This document shows, in pieces, positions 1 to 15,000 of a DNA stretch of 64,000 nt (the stretch's first letter is position 1; each line of letters begins with the position of its first letter). Position numbers and translations under genes: made by a program. Location of the stretch: assembly GCA_032718475.1 (NCBI GenBank), contig JAUCBJ010007762.1:7520-71519 (forward strand), given 5' to 3'. Source of the stretch: Nemertoderma westbladi (taxonomy: Eukaryota > Animalia > Xenacoelomorpha). The notes below the pieces were generated by a model. The model saw only the letters and a list, made by a program, of their open reading frames with translations. It was not told where the DNA came from and did no database searches.

Positions 1-3000
1 GCTATCGATGATACAGTTAACAACTTACTTGTGTTTCTACAGAGACCCAGATCCAAGCTATCGATGATACAGTTAACAACTTACTTGTGTTTCTACAGAG
101 ACCCAGATCCAAGCTATCGATGATACCGTTAACAACTTACTTGTGTTTCTACAGAGTCCCAAATCCAAGCTATCGATGATACAGTTAACAACTTACTTGT
201 GTTTCTACAGAGTCCCAGATCCAAGCTATCGATGATACAGTTAACAACTTACTTGTGTTTCTACAGAGACCCAAATCCAAGCTATCGATGATACAGTTAA
301 CAACTTACTTGTGTTTCTACAGAGACCCAAATCCAAGCTATCGATGATACAGTACAGAGACCCAGATCCAAGCTATCGATGATACAGTTAACAACTTACT
401 TGTGTTTCTACAGAGACCCAAATCCAAGCTATCGATGATACAGTACAGAGACCCAGATCCAAGCTATCGATGATACAGTTAACAACTTACTTGTGTTTCT
501 ACAGAGACCCAAATCCAAGCTATCGATGATACAGCTAACAACTTACTTGTGTTTCTACAGAGTCCCAGATCGAAGCTATCGATGATACAGCTAACAACTT
601 ACTTGTGTTTCTACAGAGACCCAGATCCAAGCTACCGATGATACAGTTAACTACTTACTTGTGTTTCTACAGAGTCCCAGATCCAAGCTATCGATGATAC
701 AGTTAACAACTTACTTGTGTTTCTACAGAGACCCAAATCCAAGCTATCGATGATACAGTTAACAACTTACTTGTGTTTCTACAGAGTCCCAGATCCAAGC
801 TATCGATGATACAGTTAACAACTTACTTGTGTTTCTACAGAGTCCCAGATCCAAGCTATCGATGATACAGTTAACAACTTACTTGTGTTTCTACAGAGTC
901 CCAGATCCAAGCTATCGATGATACCGTTAACAACTTACTTGTGTTTCTACAGAGACCCAAATCCAAGCTATCGATGATACAGTTAACAACTTACTTGTGT
1001 TTCTACAGAGACCCAGATCCAAGCTATCGATGATACAGTTAACAACTTACTTGTGTTTCTACAGAGACCCAGATCCAAGCTATCGATGATACCGTTAACA
1101 ACTTACTTGTGTTTCTACAGAGTCCCAGATCCAAGCTATCGATGATACCGTTAACAACTTACTTGTGTTTCTACAGAGACCCAAATCCAAGCTATCGATG
1201 ATACAGTTAACAACTTACTTGTGTTTCTACAGAGACCCAGATCCAAGCTATCGATGATACAGTTAACAACTTACTTGTGTTTCTACAGAGACCCAGATCC
1301 AAGCTATCGATGATACCGTTAACAACTTACTTGTGTTTCTACAGAGTCCCAAATCCAAGCTATCGATGATACAGTTAACAACTTACTTGTGTTTCTACAG
1401 AGTCCCAGATCCAAGCTATCGATGATACAGTTAACAACTTACTTGTGTTTCTACAGAGACCCAAATCCAAGCTATCGATGATACAGTTAACAACTTACTT
1501 GTGTTTCTACAGAGACCCAAATCCAAGCTATCGATGATACAGTACAGAGACCCAGATCCAAGCTATCGATGATACAGTTAACAACTTACTTGTGTTTCTA
1601 CAGAGACCCAAATCCAAGCTATCGATGATACAGTACAGAGACCCAGATCCAAGCTATCGATGATACAGTTAACAACTTACTTGTGTTTCTACAGAGACCC
1701 AAATCCAAGCTATCGATGATACAGCTAACAACTTACTTGTGTTTCTACAGAGTCCCAGATCGAAGCTATCGATGATACAGCTAACAACTTACTTGTGTTT
1801 CTACAGAGACCCAGATCCAAGCTACCGATGATACAGTTAACTACTTACTTGTGTTTCTACAGAGTCCCAGATCCAAGCTATCGATGATACAGTTAACAAC
1901 TTACTTGTGTTTCTACAGAGACCCAAATCCAAGCTATTGATGATACAGTTAACAACTTACTTGTGTTTCTACAGAGTCCCAGATCCAAGCTATCGATGAT
2001 ACAGTTAACAACTTACTTGTGTTTCTACAGAGTCCCAGATCCAAGCTATCGATGATACCGTTAACAACTTACTTGTGTTTCTACAGAGACCCAAATCCAA
2101 GCTATCGATGATACAGTTAACAACTTACTTGTGTTTCTACAGAGACCCAAATCCAAGCTATCGATGATACAGTTAACAACTTACTTGTGTTTCTACAGAG
2201 ACCCAAATCCAAGCTATCGATGATACAGTTAACAACTTACTTGTGTTTCTACAGAGACCCAGATCCAAGCTATCGATGATACAGTTAACAACTTACTTGT
2301 GTTTCTACAGAGACCCAGATCCAAGCTATTGATGATACAGTTAACAACTTACTTGTGTTTCTACAGAGTCCCAGATCCAAGCTATCGATGATACAGTTAA
2401 CAACTTACTTGTGTTTCTACAGAGACCCAAATCCAAGCTATCGATGATACAGTTAACAACTTACTTGTGTTTCTACAGAGACCCAGATCCAAGCTATCGA
2501 TGATACCGTTAACAACTTACTTGTGTTTCTACAGAGTCCCAAATCCAAGCTATCGATGATACAGTTAACAACTTACTTGTGTTTCTACAGAGTCCCAGAT
2601 CCAAGCTATCGATGATACAGTTAACAACTTACTTGTGTTTCTACAGAGACCCAAATCCAAGCTATCGATGATACAGTTAACAACTTACTTGTGTTTCTAC
2701 AGAGACCCAAATCCAAGCTATCGATGATACAGTACAGAGACCCAGATCCAAGCTATTGATGATACAGTTAACAACTTACTTGTGTTTCTACAGAGACCCA
2801 AATCCAAGCTATCGATGATACAGTACAGAGACCCAGATCCAAGCTATCGATGATACAGTTAACAACTTACTTGTGTTTCTACAGAGACCCAAATCCAAGC
2901 TATCGATGATACAGCTAACAACTTACTTGTGTTTCTACAGAGTCCCAGATCGAAGCTATCGATGATACAGCTAACAACTTACTTGTGTTTCTACAGAGAC

Positions 3001-6000
3001 CCAGATCCAAGCTACCGATGATACAGTTAACTACTTACTTGTGTTTCTACAGAGTCCCAGATCCAAGCTATCGATGATACAGTTAACAACTTACTTGTGT
3101 TTCTACAGAGACCCAAATCCAAGCTATCGATGATACAGTTAACAACTTACTTGTGTTTCTACAGAGTCCCAGATCCAAGCTATCGATGATACAGTTAACA
3201 ACTTACTTGTGTTTCTACAGAGTCCCAGATCCAAGCTATCGATGATACCGTTAACAACTTACTTGTGTATCTACAGAGACCCAAATCCAAGCTATCGATG
3301 ATACAGTTAACAACTTACTTGTGTTTCTACAGAGACCCAAATCCAAGCTATCGATGATACAGTTAACAACTTACTTGTGTTTCTACAGAGTCCCAGATCC
3401 AAGCTATCGATGATACAGTTAACAACTTACTTGTGTTTCTACAGAGTCCCAGATCCAAGCTATCGATGATACTGTTAACAACTTACTTGTGTTTCTACAG
3501 AGACCCAAATCCAAGCTATCGATGATACAGTTAACAACTTACTTGTGTTTCTACAGAGACCCAGATCCAAGCTATCGATGATACAGTTAACAACTTACTT
3601 GTGTTTCTACAGAGACCCAGATCCAAGCTATTGATGATACAGTTAACAACTTACTTGTGTTTCTACAGAGTCCCAGATCCAAGCTATCGATGATACAGTT
3701 AACAACTTACTTGTGTTTCTACAGAGACCCAAATCCAAGCTATCGATGATACAGTTAACAACTTACTTGTGTTTCTACAGAGTCCCAGATCCAAGCTATC
3801 GATGATACAGTTAACAACTTACTTGTGTTTCTACAGAGACCCAAATCCAAGCTATCGATGATACAGTTAACAACTTACTTGTGTTTCTACAGAGACCCAA
3901 ATCCAAGCTATCGATGATACAGTACAGAGACCCAGATCCAAGCTATCGATGATACAGTTAACAACTTACTTGTGTTTCTACAGAGACCCAAATCCAAGCT
4001 ATCGATGATACAGTACAGAGACCCAGACCCAAGCTATCGATGATACAGTTAACAACTTACTTGTGTTTCTACAGAGACCCAGATCCAAGCTATCGATGAT
4101 ACAGTTAACAACTTACTTGTGTTTCTACAGAGACCCAAATCCAAGCTATCGATGATACAGTACAGAGACCCAGACCCAAGCTATCGATGATAGGGTTAAC
4201 AACTTACTTGTGTTTCTACAGAGACCCAAATCCAAGCTATCGATGATACAGTTAACAACTTACTTGTGTTTCTACAGAGTCCCAGACCCAAGCTATCGAT
4301 GATACAGTTAACAACTTACTTGTGTTTCTACAGAGACCCAAATCCAAGCTATCGATGATACAGTACAGAGACCCAGACCCAAGCTATCGATGATAGGGTT
4401 AACAACTTACTTGTGTTTCTACAGAGACCCAAATCCAAGCTATCGATGATACAGTTAACAACTTACTTGTGTTTCTACAGAGTCCCAGATCCAAGCTATC
4501 GATGATACAGTTAACAACTTACTTGTGTTTCTACAGAGTCCCAGATCCAAGCTATCGATGATACAGTTAACAACTTACTTGTGTTTCTACAGAGTCCCAG
4601 ATCCAAGCTATCGATGATACAGTTAACAACTTACTTGTGTTTCTACAGAGACCCAAATCCAAGCTATCGATGATACAGTTAACAACTTACTTGTGTTTCT
4701 ACAGAGACCCAAATCCAAGCTATCGATGATATAGTTAACAACTTACTTGTGTTTCTACAGAGACCCAAATCCAAGCTATCGATGATACAGTTAACAACTT
4801 ACTTGTGTTTCTACAGAGACCCAGATCCAAGCTATCGATGATACAGTTAACAACTTACTTGTGTTTCTACAGAGTCCCAGATCCAAGCTATCGATGATAC
4901 AGTTAACTACTTACTTGTGTTTCTACAGAGACCCAAATCCAAGCTATCGATGATACAGTTAACAACTTACTTGTGTTTCTACAGAGACCCAGATCCAAGC
5001 TATCGATGATACAGTTAACAACTTGGATCTGGGTCTCTGTAGAAACACAAGTTAACAACTTACTTGTGTTTCTACATAGACCCAAATCCAAGCTATCGAT
5101 GATACAGTTAACAACTTACTTGTGTTTTTACAGAGACCCAGATCCAAGCTATCGATGATACAGTACAGAGACCCAGACCCAAGCTATCGATGATACAGTA
5201 CAGAGACCCAAATCCAAGCTATCGATGATACAGTACAGAGACCCAGACCCAAGCTATCGATGATACAGTTAACAACTTACTTGTGTTTCTACAGAGTCCC
5301 AGATCCAAGCTATCGATGATACAGTTAACAACTTACTTGTGTTTCTACAGAGTCCCAGATCCAAGCTATCGATGATACAGTTAACAACTTACTTGTGTTT
5401 CTACAGAGACCCAAATCCAAGCTATCGATGATACAGTTAACAACTTACTTGTGTTTCTACAGAGACCCAGATCCAAGCTATCGATGATACAGTTAACAAC
5501 TTGGATCTGGGTCTCTGTAGAAACACAAGTTAACAACTTACTTGTGTTTCTACATAGACCCAAATCCAAGCTATCGATGATACAGTTAACAACTTACTTG
5601 TGTTTTTACAGAGACCCAGATCCAAGCTATCGATGATACAGTACAGAGACCCAGACCCAAGCTATCGATGATACAGTACAGAGACCCAGATCCAAGCTAT
5701 CGATGATACAGTACAGAGACCCAGACCCAAGCTATCGATGATACAGTTAACAACTTAATTGTGTTTCTACATAGACCCAGATCCAAGCTATCGATGATAC
5801 AGTTAACAACTTACTTGTGTTTCTACAGAGACCCAGATCCAAGCTATCGATGATACAGTTAACAACTTACTTGTGTTTCTACAGAGACCCAAATCCAAGC
5901 TATCGATGATACAGTACAGAGACCCAGACCCAAGCTATCGATGATACAGTTAACAACTTACTTGTGTTTCTACAGAGTCCCAGATCCAAGCTATCAATGA

Positions 6001-9000
6001 TACAGTTAACAACTTACTTGTGTTTCTACAGAGACCCAAATCCAAGCTATCGATGATACAGTTAACAACTTACTTGTGTTTCTACAGAGACCCAGATCCA
6101 AGCTATCGATGATACAGTTAACAACTTGGATCTGGGTCTCTGTAGAAACACAAGTTAACAACTTACTTGTGTTTCTACATAGACCCAAATCCAAGCTATC
6201 GATGATACAGTTAACAACTTACTTGTGTTTTTACAGAGACCCAGATCCAAGCTATCGATGATACAGTACAGAGACCCAGACCCAAGCTATCGATGATACA
6301 GTACAGAGACCCAGATCCAAGCTATCGATGATACAGTACAGAGACCCAGACCCAAGCTATCGATGATACAGTTAACAACTTAATTGTGTTTCTACATAGA
6401 CCCAGATCCAAGCTATCGATGATACAGTTAACAACTTACTTGTGTTTCTACAGAGACCCAGATCCAAGCTATCGATGATACAGTTAACAACTTACTTGTG
6501 TTTCTACAGAGACCCAAATCCAAGCTATCGATGATACAGTACAGAGACCCAGACCCAAGCTATCGATGATACAGTTAACAACTTACTTGTGTTTCTACAG
6601 AGTCCCAGATCCAAGCTATCGATGATACAGTTAACAACTTACTTGTGTTTCTACAGAGACCCAAATCCAAGCTATCGATGATACAGTTAACAACTTACTT
6701 GTGTTTCTACAGAGACCCAGATCCAAGCTATCGATGATACAGTTAACAACTTGGATCTGGGTCTCTGTAGAAACACAAGTTAACAACTTACTTGTGTTTC
6801 TACATAGACCCAAATCCAAGCTATCGATGATACAGTTAACAACTTACTTGTGTTTTTACAGAGACCCAGATCCAAGCTATCGATGATACAGTACAGAGAC
6901 CCAGACCCAAGCTATCGATGATACAGTACAGAGACCCAGATCCAAGCTATCGATGATACAGTACAGAGACCCAGACCCAAGCTATCGATGATACAGTTAA
7001 CAACTTAATTGTGTTTCTACATAGACCCAGATCCAAGCTATCGATGATACAGTTAACAACTTACTTGTGTTTCTACAGAGACCCAGATCCAAGCTATCGA
7101 TGATACAGTTAACAACTTACTTGTGTTTCTACAGAGACCCAAATCCAAGCTATCGATGATACAGTACAGAGACCCAGACCCAAGCTATCGATGATACAGT
7201 TAACAACTTACTTGTGTTTCTACAGAGTCCCAGATCCAAGCTATCGATGATACAGTTAACAACTTACTTGTGTTTCTACAGAGACCCAAATCCAAGCTAT
7301 CGATGATACAGTTAACAACTTACTTGTGTTTCTACAGAGACCCAGATCCAAGCTATCGATGATACAGTTAACAACTTGGATCTGGGTCTCTGTAGAAACA
7401 CAAGTTAACAACTTACTTGTGTTTCTACATAGACCCAAATCCAAGCTATCGATGATACAGTTAACAACTTACTTGTGTTTTTACAGAGACCCAGATCCAA
7501 GCTATCGATGATACAGTACAGAGACCCAGACCCAAGCTATCGATGATACAGTACAGAGACCCAGATCCAAGCTATCGATGATACAGTACAGAGACCCAGA
7601 CCCAAGCTATCGATGATACAGTTAACAACTTAATTGTGTTTCTACATAGACCCAGATCCAAGCTATCGATGATACAGTTAACAACTTACTTGTGTTTCTA
7701 CAGAGACCCAGATCCAAGCTATCGATGATACAGTTAACAACTTACTTGTGTTTCTACAGAGACCCAAATCCAAGCTATCGATGATACAGTACAGAGACCC
7801 AGACCCAAGCTATCGATGATACAGTTAACAACTTACTTGTGTTTCTACAGAGTCCCAGATCCAAGCTATCGATGATACAGTTAACAACTTACTTGTGTTT
7901 CTACAGAGTCCCAGATCCAAGCTATCGATGATACAGTTAACAACTTGGATCTGGGTCTCTGTAGAAACACAAGTTAACAACTTACTTGTGTTTCTACATA
8001 GACCCAAATCCAAGCTATCGATGATACAGTTAACAACTTACTTGTGTTTTTACAGAGACCCAGATCCAAGCTATCGATGATACAGTTAACAACTTACTTG
8101 TGTTTCTACAGAGTCCCAGATCTAAGCTATCGATGATACAGTTAACAACTTACTTGTGTTTCTACAGAGTCCCAGACCCAAGCTATCGATGATACAGTTA
8201 ACAACTGACTTGTGTTTCTACAGAGACCCAAATCCAAGCTATCGATGATACAGTTAACAACTTACTTGTGTTTCTACAGAGACCCAGATCCAAGCTGTCG
8301 ATGATACCGTTAACAACTTACTTGTGTTTCTACAGAGACCCAAATACAAGCTATCGATGATACAGTACAGAGACCCAGACCCAAGCTATCGATGATAGGG
8401 TTAACAACTTACTTGTGTTTCTACAGAGACCCAAATCCAAGCTATCGATGATACAGTTAACAACTTACTTGTGTTTCTACAGAGTCCCAGACCCAAGCTA
8501 TCGATGATACAGTTAACGACTTACTTGTGTTTCTACAGAGACCCAAATCCAAGCTATCGATGATACAGTACAGAGACCCAGACCCAAGCTATCGATGATA
8601 GGGTTAACAACTTACTTGTGTTTCTACAGAGACCCAAATCCAAGCTATCGATGATACAGTTAACAACTTACTTGTGTTTCTACAGAGTCCCAGATCCAAG
8701 CTATCGATGATACAGTTAACAACTTACTTGTGTTTCTACAGAGACCCAAATCCAAGCTATCGATGATAGGGTTAACAACTTACTTGTGTTTCTACAGAGA
8801 CCCAAATCCAAGCTATCGATGATACAGTTAACAACTTACTTGTGTTTCTACAGAGTCCCAGATCCAAGCTATCGATGATACAGTTAACAACTTACTTGTG
8901 TTTCTACAGAGTCCCAGATCCAAGCTATCAATGATACAGTTAACAACTTACTTGTGTTTCTACAGAGACCCAAATCCAAGCTATCGATGATACAGTACAG

Positions 9001-12000
9001 AGACCCAGACCCAAGCTATCGATGATATAGTTAACAACTTAATTGTGTTTCTACATAGACCCAGATCCAAGCTATAGATGATACAGTTAACAACTTACTT
9101 GTGTTTCTACAGAGACCCAGATCCAAGCTATCGATGATACAGTTAACAACTTACTTGTGTTTCTACAGAGACCCAGATCCAAGCTATCGATGATACAGTT
9201 AACAACTTACTTGTGTTTCTACAGAGTCCCAGATCCAAGCTATCAATGATACAGTTAACAACTTACTTGTGTTTCTACAGAGACCCAAATCCAAGCTATC
9301 GATGATACAGTACAGAGACCCAGACCCAAGCTATCGATGATATAGTTAACAACTTAATTGTGTTTCTACATAGACCCAGATCCAAGCTATAGATGATACA
9401 GTTAACAACTTACTTGTGTTTCTACAGAGACCCAAATCCAAGCTATCGATGATACAGTACAGAGACCCAAATCCAAGCTACCGATGATACAGTTAACAAC
9501 TTACTTGTATTTCTACAGAGACCCAAATCCAAGCTATCGATGATACAGTTAACAACTTACTTGTGTTTCTACAGAGACCCAAATCCAAGCTATCGATGAT
9601 ACAGTACAGAGACCCAGACCCAAGCTATCGATGATACAGTTAACAACTTACTTGTGTTTCTACAGAGACCCAAATCCAAGCTATCGATGATAGGGTTAAC
9701 AACTTACTTGTGTTTCTACAGAGACCCAAATCCAAGCTATCGATGATACAGTTAACAACTTACTTGTGTTTCTACAGAGTCCCAGATCCAAGCTATCGAT
9801 GATACAGTTAACAACTTACTTGTGTTTCTACAGAGTCCCAGATCCAAGCTATCAATGATACAGTTAACAACTTACTTGTGTTTCTACAGAGACCCAAATC
9901 CAAGCTATCGATGATACAGTACAGAGACCCAGACCCAAGCTATCGATGATATAGTTAACAACTTAATTGTGTTTCTACATAGACCCAGATCCAAGCTATA
10001 GATGATACAGTTAACAACTTACTTGTGTTTCTACAGAGACCCAGATCCAAGCTATCGATGATACAGTTAACAACTTACTTGTGTTTCTACAGAGACCCAG
10101 ATCCAAGCTATCGATGATACAGTTAACAACTTACTTGTGTTTCTACAGAGTCCCAGATCCAAGCTATCAATGATACAGTTAACAACTTACTTGTGTTTCT
10201 ACAGAGACCCAAATCCAAGCTATCGATGATACAGTACAGAGACCCAGACCCAAGCTATCGATGATATAGTTAACAACTTAATTGTGTTTCTACATAGACC
10301 CAGATCCAAGCTATAGATGATACAGTTAACAACTTACTTGTGTTTCTACAGAGACCCAAATCCAAGCTATCGATGATACAGTACAGAGACCCAAATCCAA
10401 GCTACCGATGATACAGTTAACAACTTACTTGTATTTCTACAGAGACCCAAATCCAAGCTATCGATGATACAGTTAACAACTTACTTGTGTTTCTACAGAG
10501 ACCCAAATCCAAGCTATCGATGATACAGTACAGAGACCCAGACCCAAGCTATCGATGATACAGTTAACAACTTAATTGTGTTTCTACATAGACCCAGATC
10601 CAAGCTATCGATGATACAGTTAACAACTTACTTGTGTTTCTACAGAGACCCAGATCCAAGCTATCGATGATACAGTTAACAACTTACTTGTGTTTCTACA
10701 GAGACCCAAATCCAAGCTATCGATGATACAGTTAACAACTTACTTGTGTTTCTACAGAGACCCAGACCCAAGCTATCGATGATACAGTTAACAACTTACT
10801 TGTGTTTCTACAGAGACCCAGATCCAAGCTATCAATGATACAGTTAACAACTTACTTGTGTTTCTACATAGACCCAGATCCAAGCTATCGATGATACAGT
10901 TAACAACTTACTTGTGTTTCTACAGAGACCCAAATCCAAGCTATCGATGATACAGTTAACAACTTACTTGTGTTTCTACAGAGACCCAGATCCAAGCTAT
11001 CGATGATACAGTTAACAACTTGGATCTGGGTCTCTGTAGAAACACAAGTTAACAACTTACTTGTGTTTCTACATAGACCCAAATCCAAGCTATCGATGAT
11101 ACAGTTAACAACTTACTTGTGTTTTTACAGAGACCCAGATCCAAGCTATCGATGATACAGTTAACAACTTACTTGTGTTTCTACAGAGACCCAGATCCAA
11201 GCTATCGATGATACAGTTAACTACTTACTTGTGTTTCTACATAGACCCAGATCCAAGCTATCGATGATACAGTTAACAACTTACTTGTGTTTCTACAGAG
11301 TCCCAGATCCAAGCTATCGATGATACAGTTAACAACTTACTTGTGTTTCTACAGAGACCCAGATCCAAGCTATCGATGATACAGTTAACAACTTACTTGT
11401 GTTTCTACAGAGTCCCAGATCCAAGCTATCGATGATACAGTTAACAACTTACTTGTGTTTCTACAGAGACCCAGACCCAAGCTATCGATGATACAGTTAA
11501 CAACTTACTTGTGTTTCTACAGAGACCCAGATCCAAGCTATCGATGATACAGTTAACAACTTACTTGTGTTTCTACATAGACCCAGATCCAAGCTATCGA
11601 TGATACAGTTAACAACTTACTTGTGTTTTTACAGAGACCCAGATCCAAGCTATCGATGATACAGTTAACAACTTACTTGTGTTTCTACATAGACCCAGAT
11701 CCAAGCTATCGATGATACAGTTAACAACTTACTTGTGTTTCTACAGAGACCCAGATCCAAGCTATCGATGATACAGTTAACAACTTACTTGTGTTTCTAC
11801 ATAGACCCAGATCCAAGCTATCGATGATACAGTTAACAACTTACTTGTGTTTTTACAGAGACCCAGATCCAAGCTATCGATGATACAGTTAACAACTTAC
11901 TTGTGTTTTTACAGAGACCCAGATCCAAGCTATCGATGATACAGTTAACAACTTACTTGTGTTTCTACATAGACCCAAATCCAAGCTATCGATGATACAG

Positions 12001-15000
12001 TTAACAACTTACTTGTGTTTCTACAGAGACCCAGACCCAAGCTATCGATGATACAGTTAACAACTTACTTGTGTTTCTACAGAGACCCAGATCCAAGCTA
12101 TCAATGATACAGTTAACAACTTACTTGTGTTTCTACATAGACCCAGATCCAAGCTATCGATGATACAGTTAACAACTTACTTGTGTTTCTACAGAGACCC
12201 AAATCCAAGCTATCGATGATACAGTTAACAACTTACTTGTGTTTCTACAGAGACCCAGATCCAAGCTATCGATGATACAGTTAACAACTTGGATCTGGGT
12301 CTCTGTAGAAACACAAGTTAACAACTTACTTGTGTTTCTACATAGACCCAAATCCAAGCTATCGATGATACAGTTAACAACTTACTTGTGTTTTTACAGA
12401 GACCCAGATCCAAGCTATCGATGATACAGTTAACAACTTACTTGTGTTTCTACAGAGACCCAGATCCAAGCTATCGATGATACAGTTAACTACTTACTTG
12501 TGTTTCTACATAGACCCAGATCCAAGCTATCGATGATACAGTTAACAACTTACTTGTGTTTCTACATAGACCCAGATCCAAGCTATCGATGATACAGTTA
12601 ACAACTTACTTGTGTTTTTACAGAGACCCAGATCCAAGCTATCGATGATACAGTTAACAACTTACTTGTGTTTCTACATAGACCCAGATCCAAGCTATCG
12701 ATGATACAGTTAACAACTTACTTGTGTTTCTACAGAGACCCAGATCCAAGCTATCGATGATACAGTTAACAACTTACTTGTGTTTCTACATAGACCCAGA
12801 TCCAAGCTATCGATGATACAGTTAACAACTTACTTGTGTTTTTACAGAGACCCAGATCCAAGCTATCGATGATACAGTTAACAACTTACTTGTGTTTTTA
12901 CAGAGACCCAGATCCAAGCTATCGATGATACAGTTAACAACTTACTTGTGTTTCTACATAGACCCAGATCCAAGCTATCGATGATACAGTTAACAACTTA
13001 CTTGTGTTTCTACAGAGACCCAGATCCAAACTATCGATGATACAGTTAACAACTTACTTGTGTTTCTACATAGACCCAGATCCAAGCTATTGATGATACA
13101 GTTAACAACTTACTTGTGTTTCTACAGAGACCCAGATCCAAGCCATCGATGATACAGTTAACAACTTACTTGTGTTTCTACAGAGGCCCAAATCCAAGCT
13201 ATCGATGATACAGTTAACAACTTACTTGTGTTTCTACAGAGACCCAGATCCAAGCTATCGATGATACAGTTAACAACTTACTTGTGTTTCTACAGAGACC
13301 CAAATCCAAGCTATCGATGATACAGTTAACAACTTACTTGTGTTTCTACAGAGACCCAGACCCAAGCTATCGATGATACAGTTAACAACTTACTTGTGTT
13401 TCTACAGAGACCCAGATCCAAGCTATCAATGATACAGTTAACAACTTACTTGTGTTTCTACATAGACCCAGATCCAAGCTATCGATGATACAGTTAACAA
13501 CTTACTTGTGTTTCTACAGAGACCCAAATCCAAGCTATCGATGATACAGTTAACAACTTACTTGTGTTTCTACAGAGACCCAGATCCAAGCTATCGATGA
13601 TACAGTTAACAACTTGGATCTGGGTCTCTGTAGAAACACAAGTTAACAACTTACTTGTGTTTCTACATAGACCCAAATCCAAGCTATCGATGATACAGTT
13701 AACAACTTACTTGTGTTTTTACAGAGACCCAGATCCAAGCTATCGATGATACAGTTAACAACTTACTTGTGTTTCTACAGAGACCCAGATCCAAGCTATC
13801 GATGATACAGTTAACTACTTACTTGTGTTTCTACATAGACCCAGATCCAAGCTATCGATGATACAGTTAACAACTTACTTGTGTTTCTACAGAGTCCCAG
13901 ATCCAAGCTATCGATGATACAGTTAACAACTTACTTGTGTTTCTACAGAGACCCAGATCCAAGCTATTGATGATACAGTTAACAACTTACTTGTGTTTCT
14001 ACAGAGTCCCAGATCCAAGCTATCGATGATACAGTTAACAACTTACTTGTGTTTCTACAGAGACCCAGACCCAAGCTATCGATGATACAGTTAACAACTT
14101 ACTTGTGTTTCTACAGAGACCCAGATCCAAGCTATCGATGATACAGTTAACAACTTACTTGTGTTTCTACATAGACCCAGATCCAAGCTATCGATGATAC
14201 AGTTAACAACTTACTTGTGTTTTTACAGAGACCCAGATCCAAGCTATCGATGATACAGTTAACAACTTACTTGTGTTTCTACATAGACCCAGATCCAAGC
14301 TATCGATGATACAGTTAACAACTTACTTGTGTTTCTACAGAGACCCAGATCCAAACTATCGATGATACAGTTAACAACTTACTTGTGTTTCTACAGAGAC
14401 CCAGATCCAAGCTATCGATGATACAGTTAACAACTTACTTGTGTTTCTACAGAGACCCAGATCCAAGCTATCGATGATACAGTTAACAACTTACTTGTGT
14501 TTCTACATAGACCCAGATCCAAGCTATCGATGATACAGTTAACAACTTACTTGTGTTTTTACAGAGACCCAGATCCAAGCTATCGATGATACAGTTAACA
14601 ACTTACTTGTGTTTTTACAGAGACCCAGATCCAAGCTATCGATGATACAGTTAACAACTTACTTGTGTTTCTACATAGACCCAGATCCAAGCTATCGATG
14701 ATACAGTTAACAACTTACTTGTGTTTCTACAGAGACCCAGATCCAAACTATCGATAATACAGTTAACAACTTACTTGTGTTTCTACATAGACCCAGATCC
14801 AAGCTATTGATGATACAGTTAACAACTTACTTGTGTTTCTACAGAGACCCAGATCCAAGCCATCGATGATACAGTTAACAACTTACTTGTGTTTCTACAG
14901 AGGCCCAAATCCAAGCTATCGATGATACAGTTAACAACTTACTTGTGTTTCTACAGAGACCCAGATCCAAGCTATCGATGATACAGTTAACAACTTACTT

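Noticed and set aside
4903-13749. Repeated 61-62 aa ORFs in the satellite
   Set aside because: By-products of the 37-bp inversion shifting stop codons; no real start codons or coding signal.
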